Assembly: GCA_003971905.1 (NCBI GenBank) | Contig: RSEE01000048.1 | Coordinates: 248,001-312,000, forward strand | DNA length: 64,000 nucleotides | Reading direction: 5' to 3' | Source of the DNA: Moniliella sp. 'wahieum' | Taxonomy: Eukaryota | Shown here: in pieces, positions 34,070-47,278 of the stretch | Layout of the letters: every line of letters starts with the position of its first letter | How positions within the stretch are numbered: position 1 is the first letter of the stretch | Translations under genes and position numbers: made by a program | The notes under the pieces: model-generated | Databases searched by the model: none | Told to the model about the DNA's origin: nothing | The model's input: the letters and a program-made list of their open reading frames with translations, nothing else

Positions 34070-36180
34070 ATGACCGCGTCGCCCACGTCCCTCCATCGCG
34101 GCTACCAGCTGCACGTGTCGCCGTCGGCATATGTGCTCGAGCCCACCGGGGCGTCCGAGGCTCTGCGCATTGACCGCGCCTCTCGCGCCATCTCCATTTC
34201 CCCAGCTACCGATGGTCCCGGCGAAAAAGTGGTGCCAGTCCAGGCCCTAGTCGGCCTCCTGCCCCTTTCGCAAACCGACTATCTGATCGTCGTTACCGCT
34301 TCCAAAAAGGTGGCCACCCTCTCGGAGCCGATGTGTTCCGTGCGACCCAGTTCCAGGTGTTGCCCGTGGTGCCCCCGGCAGCCGAGGCTGCTCTCAAGTC
34401 CAACAAGACAGAACAACGGCTCGTGTCGCTGCTGGCTTCTCACCTCAATTCGGGCACGTGGTACTTTAGCTACGCTTACGACCTGACCAATTCACTCCAG
34501 CGTCAGACTGCGCTTGCCGCCAACGATCCACGCACGCCCAACCAGCCTTCTCCTTGGCTGACGACCGCTTCTTCTGGAACAAGTACGCTCGGCCAAGTTG
34601 ATTGATGCTGCTCGAGCTGCTCCCGAACTGTGTCGCTTCATCCCCCCTCATTTATGGTTTCTGCGAGGTGAACCCTGTTCAGGTCAACGGGCGCGAGTTT
34701 GTGTTCGCCGTCATTTCACGTCGCTCTCGCTACCGTGCTGGCACCCGGTACTTCAGCCGCGGCGTCGACGAGCACGGACATGTATCCAACTTTAACGAGA
34801 CGGAGCAGATTGTGTTGGCCGACAGCCCGACCACAGATGAGAAGCCAGCTGGACAAGCGGTTCCGGCCGCATACCGGCTGTCGCTGGTCCAGATCCGAGG
34901 CTCGGTGCCGGTGTATTGGGCAGAGGTGAACAACATGCGTTACAAACCTGACCTGCTCATCAAAGAAAAGCCTGAGACCCTCACTTCGGCTCAGAAGCAT
35001 TTTAATGAGGAGACTGCCTTGTATGGCGATATTTACATTGCCAACTTGGTCAACCAGAAGGGCTACGAGATGTCGGTCAAAGGAAGCCTTTGAGCGCAAC
35101 GTGGCTGCGATTGGTGACAAGAAGGTGCATTACACGTACTTTGACTTCCACATGAATGCGCGGTATGCACTACGAGAACATTGATAAGCTTCTCGCCGTA
35201 TTGACCTCCAAGGGCTTGCCTCCGACGTCTACTTTGCCGATGTGACAACCAGTACGGGTACAAAGGTGCCCAAGCAAATCCAGACGGGCGCGCTGCGGAC
35301 CAACTGCATGGACTGCCTCGACCGGACCAATGTTGTGCAGGCGGCCTACGCCAAGTCGGTTCTCACTACCCAGCTGGCCTCGATCGGGATCATTAAGCCG
35401 GGGCAGTCGGTCGAAGATTACCCGCAACTGTGGTCCATCTTCCGCAATGGTATGTCGTCGCTTCTGTTCTGATGGATGGGAATCAAACTGACCTGACCTC
35501 TTTTGCTCAGTCTGGGCTGACCACGCCGATGTGATCTCCAAGGCCTACTCGGGCACGGGTGCGTTGAAGACCGACTTTACCCGTACGGGCGTGCGCACCA
35601 AGCAGGGTCTGCTTCAAGATGGCGTCAACAGCCTGACCCGGTATGTCAAGAACAATTATTATGACGGCTCGCGCCAAGATGCGTTTGATGTGTTTACCGG
35701 TGCGTGGCAGCCGGCCCGTCTGGCCTCGGTGGCGGGGGGTATCCTTGGCTCGACCAGCGTTCCGTGGTGGAACAGTCGGTGCCCTACATTGCCATTTTCG
35801 CCGCCAGCATGATCGTTGCCGCCGCCATTCTGCCGCGGTCTAGCACGCTGCCTCTCTTTTGGTTCGTGCTGTTCTGGCTCGTCGTGCTCGGGGTGACGCT
35901 GCAGTTCATGACGGCGCGCGGGATTGACTATGTCAATTGGCCTCGCCTCAACCCATTGACGGACAACATCTTTTACGAGGGACCTGGCTACTACTCGGGC
36001 CGCAAGGGCCGTAAGGGCGTCCAGGGCCAGGCCGGTCGCAACATGAAGAAGACGGTGCGGGGCAAGACGGTTGCCCCGCCCATTGCGGCTGAATTGTCAG
36101 CCAATGGGGTGATCCCGTCAGCCGCTGGAGCGACTGGTGTCGCGCCTACTCTCACTTCGGTCCAGCAACGCCGTGCCTAG
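34070..36180 (+). CDS. SAC1: Phosphatidylinositol phosphate phosphatase Sac1
   Basis: [52 protein letters not shown], catalytic [30 protein letters not shown], two C-terminal TM segments then YVNWPRL. Intron about 35449-35510. Confidence 0.97.
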
Positions 36181-36689
36181 GCCCCAAGACGTCGGCCTGC
36201 AAACGGCTCTGGCACGGAAAGCCCCACTTTGGCCTTTGCAAATTGGCCCAAATTTCCCTCCTTTACCCTCTCCTACCTCTTCCTCCCCCTCTTTTGGCTA
36301 CTTGGAGGAACGTCACCCCTTTACGATCTCTCTCTCTAGCAACCACGTTTGCCGGCATTCTTTTCGTCGCTTGTGTTGATTGAAGATGCCGTGAATCCAA
36401 CTGCACGTCCACGGTAGTTTACCCCCCACATAGGACTCAGTGCAACATGGGAGTTACAACGAGGTGGGCTAGTTGGGCACTGGCTTGATTCCCGTTCGCG
36501 TTTCCCCCTTTCGACGAGGTTTTAATGATTGGTAGACACGCGGGGTTTTCCTGAATCTGTTGAAATCGGTGCAAAGAATTCTAATTACCCCAAGTGGCTA
36601 GTGTTACGTAACTGTCTAGCTTGCCCCTTGACCAAGGTATGGGACATCGCCGCTGGAGAGTTGGATCCCACTTGAAGCCCACCATCGCA

Positions 36690-37510
36690 ATGGCCTCTCG
36701 CTCGTACGACAGTTCGCGCCCCAACGGAAGCGGTGGCAATCCGCCCTACCGCTCCTCGGACGCTCGAAATTCAGAGAGGGGCTATCCTCCCCGCCGTGAG
36801 CGCGAGTACGACGTCGACCGGCGCGGGTATGACAGGCGAGATGAAGACCGCCGCCGGGGCCCGTACCGTTCGGACCGCTACCGCGACGAGCGTCCTCCGG
36901 CGGGGGACCATCGTCCTCGTGAAGACCGAGGTTGGAGTGAGCGGTACCGGCGAGAGTATCCTTCGGACCGAGGCGGGCGGTACCGAGACGAGTACCGGTC
37001 CGGTCGGGACGCCTACCCTCCCGCTACCGCTCTCGTTCGCCCCCCAGTCGGCGGTCGCGCAGCCCAGACGGTAGGGAGCAGTGGCGTGCGCGCGATGACT
37101 ATTCCCGGCGAAATGAGAGGGACGAATATGCCCGGCGAAATGAGAGGGACGAAGGGAGATCCCAGGAGCGGAGTGAACCTTCGCATCCGCCACAATCCGC
37201 CAAGGCCAAGGCCAAAACCAAAACCAACGCTACCTCCAACGCTGCCCCGCAGGGCGGGGCCGAAGTGGCGGTGGCGGACGAGGGAAACGATGCATTGGCT
37301 GCCATGCTCGGTATCTCTGGGTTTGGGTCGACCAAGGGAAAACATATTGAGGGTCAATTGGAAGGTGCCAAGGTCAAGAAAGAGCACACTTGGCGCCAGT
37401 ACATGAACCGGTCCGTCCCCTCTCCGCCAATGCTGATGAAAAGTGATACTAACCCGTTTTTTTTGTCATGCAGCAAGGGTGGCTTCAACCGCGTTTTGGA
37501 CAAAATCTGA
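36690..37510 (+). CDS. SNRNP27: U4/U6.U5 tri-snRNP 27 kDa protein (DUF1777)
   Basis: RD/RE-rich N-terminus, AMLGISGFGSTKGKHI...KVKKEHTWRQYMNR|KGGFNRVLDKI*; intron about 37411-37473. Confidence 0.9.
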
Positions 37511-40406
37511 AGTACCGCGAAAGGGAGACGGGGAACATGTCTTCTGCCAGTCGTTCACGGTGTGCATCAACAGCGCTGGCTTGCCATTCCGCATTTGGGC
37601 AGCTTTCACCCCAGTCACACCCCAGCCTCAATTCTCACCCCTATATATCTTTCATCCGCTGAGCTGTTCCATCCCTGTATGGAAGGAACAGCAATCAGCA
37701 CTGTCTACATCCCCCTGAGAGTTGCGCATCTCGTGACATGTAGTTTCTTCCCCACTCGGGTCCCCACCTACTTTAAGACTGCTATCAGTGTCGCAGGCAT
37801 GACGAAACGGGGCGGAAGTTGCACACAGATGAAGGATGGCAAAAAAACACTCCACCATCGGCCACAGAAGAGCCTGCATGCCGCCAGTTCCCCTCAACGC
37901 AGTGCTCCTTTTCCACACACCCCTCTTGGCCAGCTCCCCGAACAGCTGCCCGCACAAAGGACATTTGTCGGCCCGCACTTGTGAAGCGCCTACGTGGACA
38001 CACCCAAGTCTTCACCGACCTTTTATGCCTCGCTATTCTTCGTCCAGAAAGAGGCCACATGCCCTTCATCCTTGGTGTTGTCGTGCCATAACAAGGATCG
38101 TAGTCGTTGTGCATCCACTCTTGCGGGACAAACCCCCCTTCCTGTTCCATCTTGCCTGACGACGAGCCTGTGTAGGTGGTAATCGTGGGGCAGAGTGTTT
38201 CGCGAGGGCAAAGACGCCAGCATTGGGACAATGCATGCCCTATTTTGGACAATTTTGGACAACCGTTTCTCTGGTGACCAGGGTGACCACAGAGTGAACG
38301 CACGATAAAACTGAATCAATTCGAAGCACAGTAGTATGATCACACCAGCGAGGGATGCTAGCATCGAAACTGTAGCGTCAGCCACCAAAGTCGCGCTGCA
38401 GCCACAATGCAGCTGCAGTCGCTCAAGCCACTTAATGTCAGTGGGCAAAAGCCATTTACTGATGGTCAGTCTGAGCGAACTGATGAAGTGACCGTAGGGA
38501 TCCTATACGCCTTCACGGAGTAGCGCACGTCAGTGTCAGAGAGCGATCCCACCACAATCGCATCCCCACTGTAGAATCTGGTCCCACGGACGGAGACAGG
38601 CAGAATAGAGGCCTTAGATTCTATATCAAGGATGTCAAAATGTTAATGGCCGCGCACAGTATAGCAGGACATGTCGGCACCCGAGTACCGTTAGGCGGAA
38701 CGACCACAGCCTGTGCCAGCCATTTCCTAGCCTCTCATCCACAGTCTTATATGGACACAGCGGAGCTCTATGGGCTCTGCTGACGGTCATATCTTTTGGC
38801 CCACGAAGAGAGAAAGGAAGTGGACCGCATTAATGGTATGTCTTGGTGGGATATGTCGTTGTCCACACTGGGCACGACAATGTTCTTCAGCATCCATATT
38901 GCAGTTGTCACGGGCGGGCCCAGCCAGAGGGCTCGCACCTAGGTTTGTGGGGTACAGGAGGAGACGGAAGGACGAGTCACGGTGGTTCCGGACTTGGGCT
39001 AGTTGGTGGAGATCCGAGAGGTGCTAGGGGCGAAGGGAGGGCGTGAAGCGGAGGCGGCTGGACGTGTGGCAAGGCTCCGAACGCACCGGCTGGGGTCGTA
39101 GTAACGTGTCTGAAGCCTCCGAGTTTTAGGGACGGGTAGAGGCAGTGAAGAACAAACACTGTCAGAGCTGGGACTGAACAGGGTCGGCTGACGGCGTGGC
39201 CGGCAAGGAACCCCGCGATGAGAGTTGGTACAAGGACTCGACACGGCTGAACGTAGGCTCCGCGACTGGGCGGATGGAAAGCTGGGAGACGAGGTTAGAG
39301 AGAAGAGATGAGGAGGCAAGAAAGTGGAGACGAGATTGCCTGTGTATACTGAATCCATTGCTGGAGACGGGTAGGAGTTGGACAGAATGAAAGCGGGAAG
39401 GGGAGAGAATTGAAGGTGGGGAAAGGATCCCCATCAACCACGGGTATACAGGCTCTAGGTGTAAACCAGAAAGCGGACGCAATAGGGGTGTAAAAAGGAA
39501 GACAAGTCAAAAGAGGGGTTGTGGCATCCGCAGGCGCAACGGGCAAATATAGAGTGAAAGTGGTGACGGAGGACAGTCGTCGCAAAGATACCGGAAACGT
39601 ATTGGTGACCTCCTCATTCATACGCGAATCGACTTTGTCTCGAGCGGGTGGCGACCCCTGTTGCGCGGATGCGTGGCCACTCAGGCCACTATACATGGTG
39701 TAACCAACTATCATGAAACTTGGTTGGACTTCGGAGCACGCTCTATACTGTTGGGCATAATGTTCAGAGGATGAGGCGGCCCTTAGCTTGGATCAGACCA
39801 TCTCAGATCCAACGCGGCCCGTAACATAATAGAGGGCCCTATAACCTGCTGGCGAGGGACGTAAAAGATGCTTGTTGCCAATTCCAAGATCAAGTCGATA
39901 TAAAGGCACCACAGCCGCACCAACAAAATACGCGCGGGATGTTGAAAGAGGGAGAGAGGCTGTTTGTGTTAGCTAGGCGACGCGTTTCTCCTCTGCACTA
40001 TCCCCCCCCTCTGTCGTGGCGAAGTAGTACGGGATAGATTCCGTTTTCAGTATGCATACGTTTAAAGAAGACCATCCTTGTAATGTCCTCTACGCTGTCG
40101 GTCCACAAAAGCAGAGAAAACGCTCTCGTCGGCGGCGGTGGCAAAGAGAAGTTGTGTAAAAAAATGTGCACATATTAAAAGGCGGCCGGTGTGGGGTACA
40201 AACTGCAAGTCAGAACGCCACAGTACATGCAGGTACACGCACATTACTCCGACCCTTTTCATGCTCAGGGCGCACGCACAGTCTGAGCTTTCGCATGCAC
40301 ACACTGGTGGACAGACATGCATGGCCTCTCGGGGGGCTAGAAGGAGGGAGCCTGGGAATATGCAGTTTCACACACACGCAAAAGCCTCAAATGATGTGAA
40401 GGGCGT

Positions 40407-40481
40407 GTGACATGTGACATGCGACGAGAAGTATATGTGAGGCAATGAAGCTAGTGGCCGGTGACCGGTGACCGGTGACCT
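40407..40481. repeat. Heptad arrays (TGACATG)2 and (TGACCGG)n in a gene-poor region
   Basis: gtgacatgtgacatgcgac at 40407; tggccgg tgaccgg tgaccgg tgacc at 40455-40480. Confidence 0.8.
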
Positions 40482-40953
40482 GACCTATGGCCGACGTGTG
40501 GTTCGGTCGGAGTGAAGCTTGAGAAACCCTTTTGCAAAAAAAAGTGTGAGACAGTACGCCCCCACATTGACGAGGATATCGATACTGAACGTTCAGTTGA
40601 ACGTACTGCTGAACATATTGAATGCAGAGCTGGCCAGACCAGTACCAGGCCTTGTCTGGCCTCGTTGCCCTCCCTAGTGCGTACCCTCAGTTGCAGCGTC
40701 GTCCGCGTGGGCTGGCAGGTCGAGTGGAGGTCGACGTTCCACGGCGTCTTCTCTGTGCTTGCAATTTGTACTGCTCCACTGCAGATGCGGAGTTGGCATA
40801 TGGACTTGGGCGACGTAAAAGCGTAATATGTACATCTTTATCCCGACGGCGCTACACACCACCGCCAGAGTGGAGTTGTTGGCCCCCGCGTGGGTATGCG
40901 AGTGTGAGCAAGTCATGGAAGTGACATGTGGTACGCGCCGTTGCGAGAGCGGA

Positions 40954-40990
40954 TGATCGATGATCGATGATCAATATTCAATGATCAATG
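40954..40990. repeat. (TGATCGA)n heptad array
   Basis: tgatcga tgatcga tgatcaatattcaatgatcaa. Confidence 0.75.
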
Positions 40991-41855
40991 GTGCTCAGGC
41001 TGAGCCCCCGGGTGGGATCACCGGTCGGTCAGCCACTCTTTAGTCCGAACTAGTTCGCCCGGCCGAACAAGCTCTAAGCTGCAGCAGGCACCATGCCGCA
41101 GACGCTTGAGGAAGTCTGAGGTGGAAGTGTCTTTCTGTGCCCCAGTGCTCGAGCACATGATGCAGGGCACACAGGATCGACGCATCTGCAGAGCGCTTTG
41201 ACGCTCTGCAATGCCATCAGTCTCAGATCAGGGCCCTGTACGTTCACTAATTGAATACAGCCGTTTTCTGCCTCGCTCCAACGTCCAACGCACCGTGCAC
41301 TTGTTTGCGTAACGCAACGCGTGGCGGCAAAGGCATAAGGTGCTGCAGTTGGCCTGTTGGCGAGGGAATGGCCTGCGTCATGCATGTCATGCACCGTGCC
41401 TGTATGTAGCAGCGTAAGATCTAAGAGCTCCAGAACAGGCTACAAGCCAGAGCAGGCAAGATCAGCCACCAATCACACACATCACAGTGGCGCTGCCCTT
41501 GAATGAATGGGGGCGTTGGGGCGCCGGGGGTACCCGGCACATGTGCGGTACGCAGCATGTGGCCTCGGCCGCTCGCCCTCTGGAAAGCAGGCCGCGCACA
41601 GCAGGCACAGGCTGACTGTTCTATTTTTAATTTTAGTGTCACCGGTCATGCATCATGCAATGCAGCTTGTGGCTGCCAGGGCCTGGTGGTGAATGCAGCT
41701 ATTAGTAACTGTACGTGCCGTTGGCCCAGGGCCAGCCAGCCGATCTGTAGCATTCGATCTCGAATCTCACATGCCCACTCAGACTGAGGTGCCAAGTAGG
41801 ACTTGCTCAGTACTCGGTCCTCCCGCACTCAGGCCCAGGTACTTGGTTGGCGTCC

Positions 41856-41883
41856 TCAAGCGTCACGCGTCACGCGTCACGAC
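41856..41883. repeat. (TCACGCG)n heptad array upstream of the 42016 gene
   Basis: tcaagcg tcacgcg tcacgcg tcacgac. Confidence 0.8.
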
Positions 41884-42015
41884 TCGTACTCAGTCTGAGT
41901 TCTCACACGACCACGCTCTCCTTATCCTATCGATAGCGACTGGTGATTAACTAGTAGCTAGTCACGAGTCCCGACCGTTGATCAGTACTCAGTGTACCAG
42001 TACTCAGTGGCGGCC

Positions 42016-44323
42016 ATGCCTGAAGATGCACAGCGACGCACGCCTAAACTTCGAATCCCCTCACCACCCCCTCTTGTCCTCGCCTGCTCTTCTGTGCCTC
42101 CACCACACAAGATGCTCCAGTCCTTGCCCAGGCCAATACCGCCTATGGGCCAACGCAGGCTCAGCTCCTCACCCGCCCTCTTTACCTCTACCCCTTTGCA
42201 TTTGTCCCCGTTCCCCCGTCCGCCTCATCCCCGCCTTCGCCCGCTCCACTCAGGCCGACCTATCCTTTGCGCCTTTGCTAAAACTCCTTCCGCCCCGCTG
42301 GCCGGCAGAGAGCAACCTGCTGCATACTCCCGACGCGTCGCCTCGCTCTTCTCTTTCGGCAGGAGCCCTTACCCCCTCCTCCCCGTCCAGCACCAAGCAG
42401 GCATCACCGCTCGAAAGCCCGCCTCTCCGCCCCGCGCTGGCTTCTGATGAGCGTCGCCGCTCTAACCGCTCGAGTACTGGGAGGCGTGTGCGTGTTATCG
42501 CGCACGAATATCAGCCTGCGGTCGAGCCCTCCGACCCGCAAGTCGGGGTTTCTGACAAGACGAGCTTAACCTCACCTAGCGATACTTGGTCAGGATATGG
42601 TACCTTGTGGGTCGACGTTGAGTCTACTCTGCCCATGGGTGGGAGAGTGGATTCCGGGTGGAAGCAAGCACAGACCCAGTTTTACGTCGCCGTGCCCTTT
42701 CGCTCCTCGCCTCTGCAGCCCTTTCTCCATTCTTGTCGGCTTTTTGTTGCGCGAGCTTCTATGGCTGCGATCACCGCCATTGGAGCAGACACTGGTACCT
42801 AGGCATACACCTTGCCCTCATCGTAAACGCCACCTTCCTCGCGCTCCTGCCTTTCCGATCCTCTCTTCTCAGCAGCGCAGGTGACAAGTACCAGTGAGGA
42901 TGCCGCAAATCCCCCAGTGCCCCCAGGTGAGTGGTGGATGGAAGCGCAATACGAGTTTGCGCCCCCTCCGGACGTTGTAGCGGATACATCCCTTCTTTTC
43001 CACTCCGTTGGCAGGAGGCATCGGGGACATGTGCATATCCACACCGCCACAACACCAGTGGGGCCTCATGTGTCCCCACCAAGTGGCTCGGCGCCAGAGA
43101 CAACCATATCCGCTCTGGCGTGTGACACACAACCTCGCGCAACTGCTCAGATCTATGCATATGGCCCACATCGCGAGCTACTTGCTTCGTCGCTGGCCTT
43201 GGCCGAAGTGTTGACCCCGACGGGAAACGCGGTTTTGACTTTGGCGTCGCATGCTACCCCTGGTTTGACGATCGGAACATTCTTACGGTCCACGTAGAGC
43301 TCACTCTCCATCCGAATGGAGCCTGTTCCTCTCCGTCCGAACCTGCAACCAAGCCACAATCCTCTCGACAAGCTTCCGTCTCTGTTGCTACCGGCATGGA
43401 AATTGATATCGCTTCGTCTCGGCTTGGCATTACGTTCCATGGCTCGAATGGACCGCCGAACGATTCACCGGGGCTCTGAGCGAGGCGGAAGTGATGCTTC
43501 GCTCGCCGTCTCTCGTCGTACTACTCTTCAATCCACGTGGTCGACTCGGTTTCGGTCAAGACGCGGCGTCACTGCAAACCTGGTTTGGTGGGCTCACCAC
43601 GACTGGTGCCTTGGACGCGGGGAAGGGACAAGTTACCTGCATGCGCCTAATGGGCCCATGACACTGGGCCACATCCAAGCTGGCCAAATCACCGTTGAGG
43701 GAGGTTCGGCGGATATCCACCTTGCTCATCTTCAATCCTCCTTCTCCCACTTGTCTACCACCTCGGGGGGGTGTATGTGCGCTCAAGCCACAGGGACCTG
43801 GTGCTGGAATCAGAGCAAGGCGAGATCGATGTGGACATTGATTGGCCTTGGTGCAAGATACCTCTTCCGCGCTCCCTCCAATCTGCCCCCATCGCAGCAG
43901 CAAACGGCCAGGGCCGAGTCCATCCAGCGTGCTGCAGTCGCCGACGTGCGCATTGACAGCCGTACCGGCCGCATCATGGCACGCTACCATGCGCAACAGC
44001 TCATGTCCCTCTACGTTCGCACATTGCTACCGGGGGGGCGGTCAGTGTACTGCATCCCTCACTGTTCCAAGGCCAATTCAACCTATCAGCAGAGCAAGTG
44101 GCGCTCTCTGCACCGCTGTCCAAGGAATGGCGCGTCGACGATCCCTTACCGCGGGAAGCGGCGGCACTCGCGGACCAAGGCAGGTACACGTCGCAGCGCA
44201 AGGGAACAACCCAACTTGTCGGCCGTACCTGGCTCTCTGGTCGATCGCCTTATGGCTTGGACGAACGGGATGGGGTATAAGCACCATCTTGGCTGGCAGG
44301 TGCCCGTGGTCGTGGCCTTGTGA
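42016..44323 (+). CDS. Uncharacterised protein: S/P-rich N-terminus, one hydrophobic segment, then a possible DUF4097/putative-adhesin-like beta-solenoid
   Basis: GIHLALIVNATFLALLPF, then periodic beta segments YLHAPNGPMTLGHIQAGQITVEGGSADIHL, HLSTTSGG, LVLESEQGEIDVDI, VRIDSRTGRIMARY. Many frame breaks; boundaries approximate. Confidence 0.4.
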
Positions 44324-45381
44324 TGGACTTTGACAACATGCTCCTGACTGGGTCTTCCTTTCTTCTCGTCCCACATTTCTTCTCTTCAGCTCGGCCATCT
44401 TGATCCTCCCCTCCCCTCCTCCTCAACCTATGCATACGTTCATCACCCTACCCCTTTCCCTTCCATCTTCCTGGTCTGCCGATCTTATCGACAAGCAGCC
44501 TCTTGCATATTATCAAACTACCAGTGCATCTCGTACTACCCACAAGTCTCTCTCCTCTCTCTACCTGTGGAAGGAAACTAATCTGAATCTGTCGACCAAA
44601 CAATGGTCTTGTTCCAATAGCTTTTTTGTAAGTCATTGCAAGCCGTTGCATGCCCCCATCGTTGCATTGGATTGCTTTTGTAACGAGAAGCCGCGGATGG
44701 TGTACTGGCAATGACAAAAGAAGGCAGATACACGTGTGACACGATCTGCAGACTGCTGCGAGAGAAAGTAATCCTATGTGCAGGCATATGTGCTCTACGC
44801 TCACTTTCAGTTACGCGTTACGCGTTATATCGAGAGCCGTCGCGTCATGCAGAGCGCGTCATATGTGACGGTCGAGGAGTGTCGTGTTGGCGACGATTTT
44901 GTTGGAAAAAAGAGCGTAGCTTCCTGTATAGTAGGAGGCCGACAGTGCCCCCGACTACTCTAGTATAAGAGGATCACATATGTCACACAGGCAACGACCG
45001 GTTAGTACCTGGCTAACATATTGTCCTTGCTTGAAGCTTGACGTCAGTCAGAAGTCAGATCAGACACCGACCCCCACGGGTCCTGTCAGCGGGGAAAGCG
45101 TGAGGCTGTGTTGACGTTGAGGCTGTGTTGAGGCATGGGCATGCCGACTAGAGCGACTACAGTGACTAGTGAGCCAAATTAATGAGCGGTTGCTAGCAAG
45201 CGAGCTGAGTGCGCTGTGAACATGTGAACGTTGAACGTGCTGAGCGCTCGCTGAGCAGCGATTTGAACAAATCACAAGTTGAGCCTAGAGCCTAGCGCGT
45301 TGGGGCCCCGTCGTGTGAATCGGTTGAATTCCCAACGTTTAAAATTGAGCAACGACAGTTACTCGTAACGCTAGCCCAAAG

Positions 45382-46390
45382 ATGCCTGCCCAAAGGATTG
45401 CGAGTGTCCTTGGCTCCACTTCCCAACACCTTCCCGCCATGTCCTCCACCGCCATCCGGACCAACGGCTCGGCTGTCCCTCGACACGTCAATGGCCCATC
45501 TCTCCCCCAAGGAACTAGTCTCAGCCCCCGTCCCCACAACACCCCCCCCGCCACCCCCTCCAGCGCCAAGAGCTGGGAGATTCCACGCAAACTCTTCCAC
45601 AGCTCCATTGCACCCATTGTTCTGACCCTTCATTTACGCGGCACGCCGGTCGGCGCGATCAATACCTTTCTCGCCGGATTCCTCGCGCTTGTGGCCTCGA
45701 CCGACGCGCTGCGTCTGAATGCCGCCTGGTTTGAGCGCGCGTACGAGGCTGTGTTGGGCCCGCTGATGCGAGAGAGCGAAAGAAGCAAGTGAACGGGGTA
45801 CTGTGGTACTTAATTGGCTGTCTCTTGGTTCTCCACTTTCTTCCAGCCGACGTGGCCTGTGTCAGTATCTTTGTTTGAGCTGGTGCGATACGTCGGCCTC
45901 GGTGGTTGGTCGGTTGTGGGGGCGGTATACACCCAAGATGCCCTCTCCTCCGTTTGCCCAGCGCAAGTCGGTCGCAGGCTCTTGCTGCTGCTGTGATGGT
46001 GCCGTGATTGCAGTTGGGTTTTGGGGAACTCCGTTGGCTGCGATGGGCGTGCGGGGACGGGCTAACCTGACTGCGGGACGCCCTGCAGTGCTAGGCACAG
46101 CCAACGCGCCTGGACGTTGGGACCGGCTGGGCCGGTTGGGCCCAGGGGTTTCTGGCCGGGCCTGGTGGCTCGCCTTACTCGCTCTTGCCCCAGGACCAGG
46201 TGCCGACCAGAGGATTCGCCTCCCTTGGGCCCCCAGCTACTTCGTGGACGGTTAAGGCAACGGTGCCGGCCATGCCACTACCACTCTCGCTCTTCTCACC
46301 GGCCGCGGCGGCAGGGAGCGAAGCGGTGGACTTGGGTGGTTGGATGATAATGTGACCCTACCTGTCTTGATGGTGCCAGCCTCTACTTGA
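45382..46390 (+). CDS. DGK1: CTP-dependent diacylglycerol kinase (cytidylyltransferase family)
   Basis: SWEIPRKLFHSSI, LRLN..FERAYEAVLGPLMRESE, VNGVLWYLIG, LSWCDTSASVVGRLWG...KSVAGS, DDNVTLPVL; 3' end approximate. Confidence 0.9.
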
Positions 46391-47278
46391 TTTCTTTCTC
46401 TGGGGCCAAATGGCATCGGCCCTGTGGGGATGAATCTTACCTCCCCCCCTCCTCTCATCTACCACCTCCCCTCCTTGATTTTCTTTAATGTTTGGAGGAG
46501 ACAGGTCGCTGGCACCCTCTTTCACCAGTCACTTCCTGGCGTCTCCCACACACCTAGGATGAGTGTGTATCATAAGTACTTCCACAAGTCTATTCTAGTA
46601 GAATCGGGGACGCACAGGTCCAAAGATCGCTCACCGCTCGCCAACGTTCACCAACCACTCAGTACTCAGTTGGTGTTAATGCCATTGCATCAAAAAGGAC
46701 TGCTGTGATATGAAGGTGCGACTGCTGTTGTAGCTATCATAGTCGCTCTCTCCATTGCCGCCAACAAGGGGGCCGAGAGGGGGAATGCAAAACGCTGTGT
46801 GCATGACATTTACACATGGTGAAACTTGGCGAGGATGCCCCCAGACACCCATCCCCTCGCAAATAGCACAAAGGGAGAACGGAAGAACAGGGAACAGCAT
46901 ATCCGCCCTGCATTGTCGAGTTCGAGGCGCGTTTCGTTTTGGATGGGGCTTGGACGTGGGGTCGCGCTTTCGAGATGGACGATCCACCCCCCGTTCGGCA
47001 CGCGCAGCAGCTGCTACGAGGGGCCGAACGGGGCTGGCCAATTCCGCGCTAGCCCAATAGTAATATTGCAAGCGAACAGCGGAATGCCCCCAGCTGTATA
47101 ATATGCTGGCACAGCCAGGCAGCACGAGGGCAGTGCGTTTCCGACCCCCTCAATAACACTGGCGCTGTGCGTCTAAGCGCTGTGCTGGCTGGCGCGGCAG
47201 CTTCTTCGCTCGTAGCAGCTGGGCAGCTCCAGCTCCCAAGGGGCGGTTAGCGTTGTCCTGCTCTGCTCGACCACCGAC

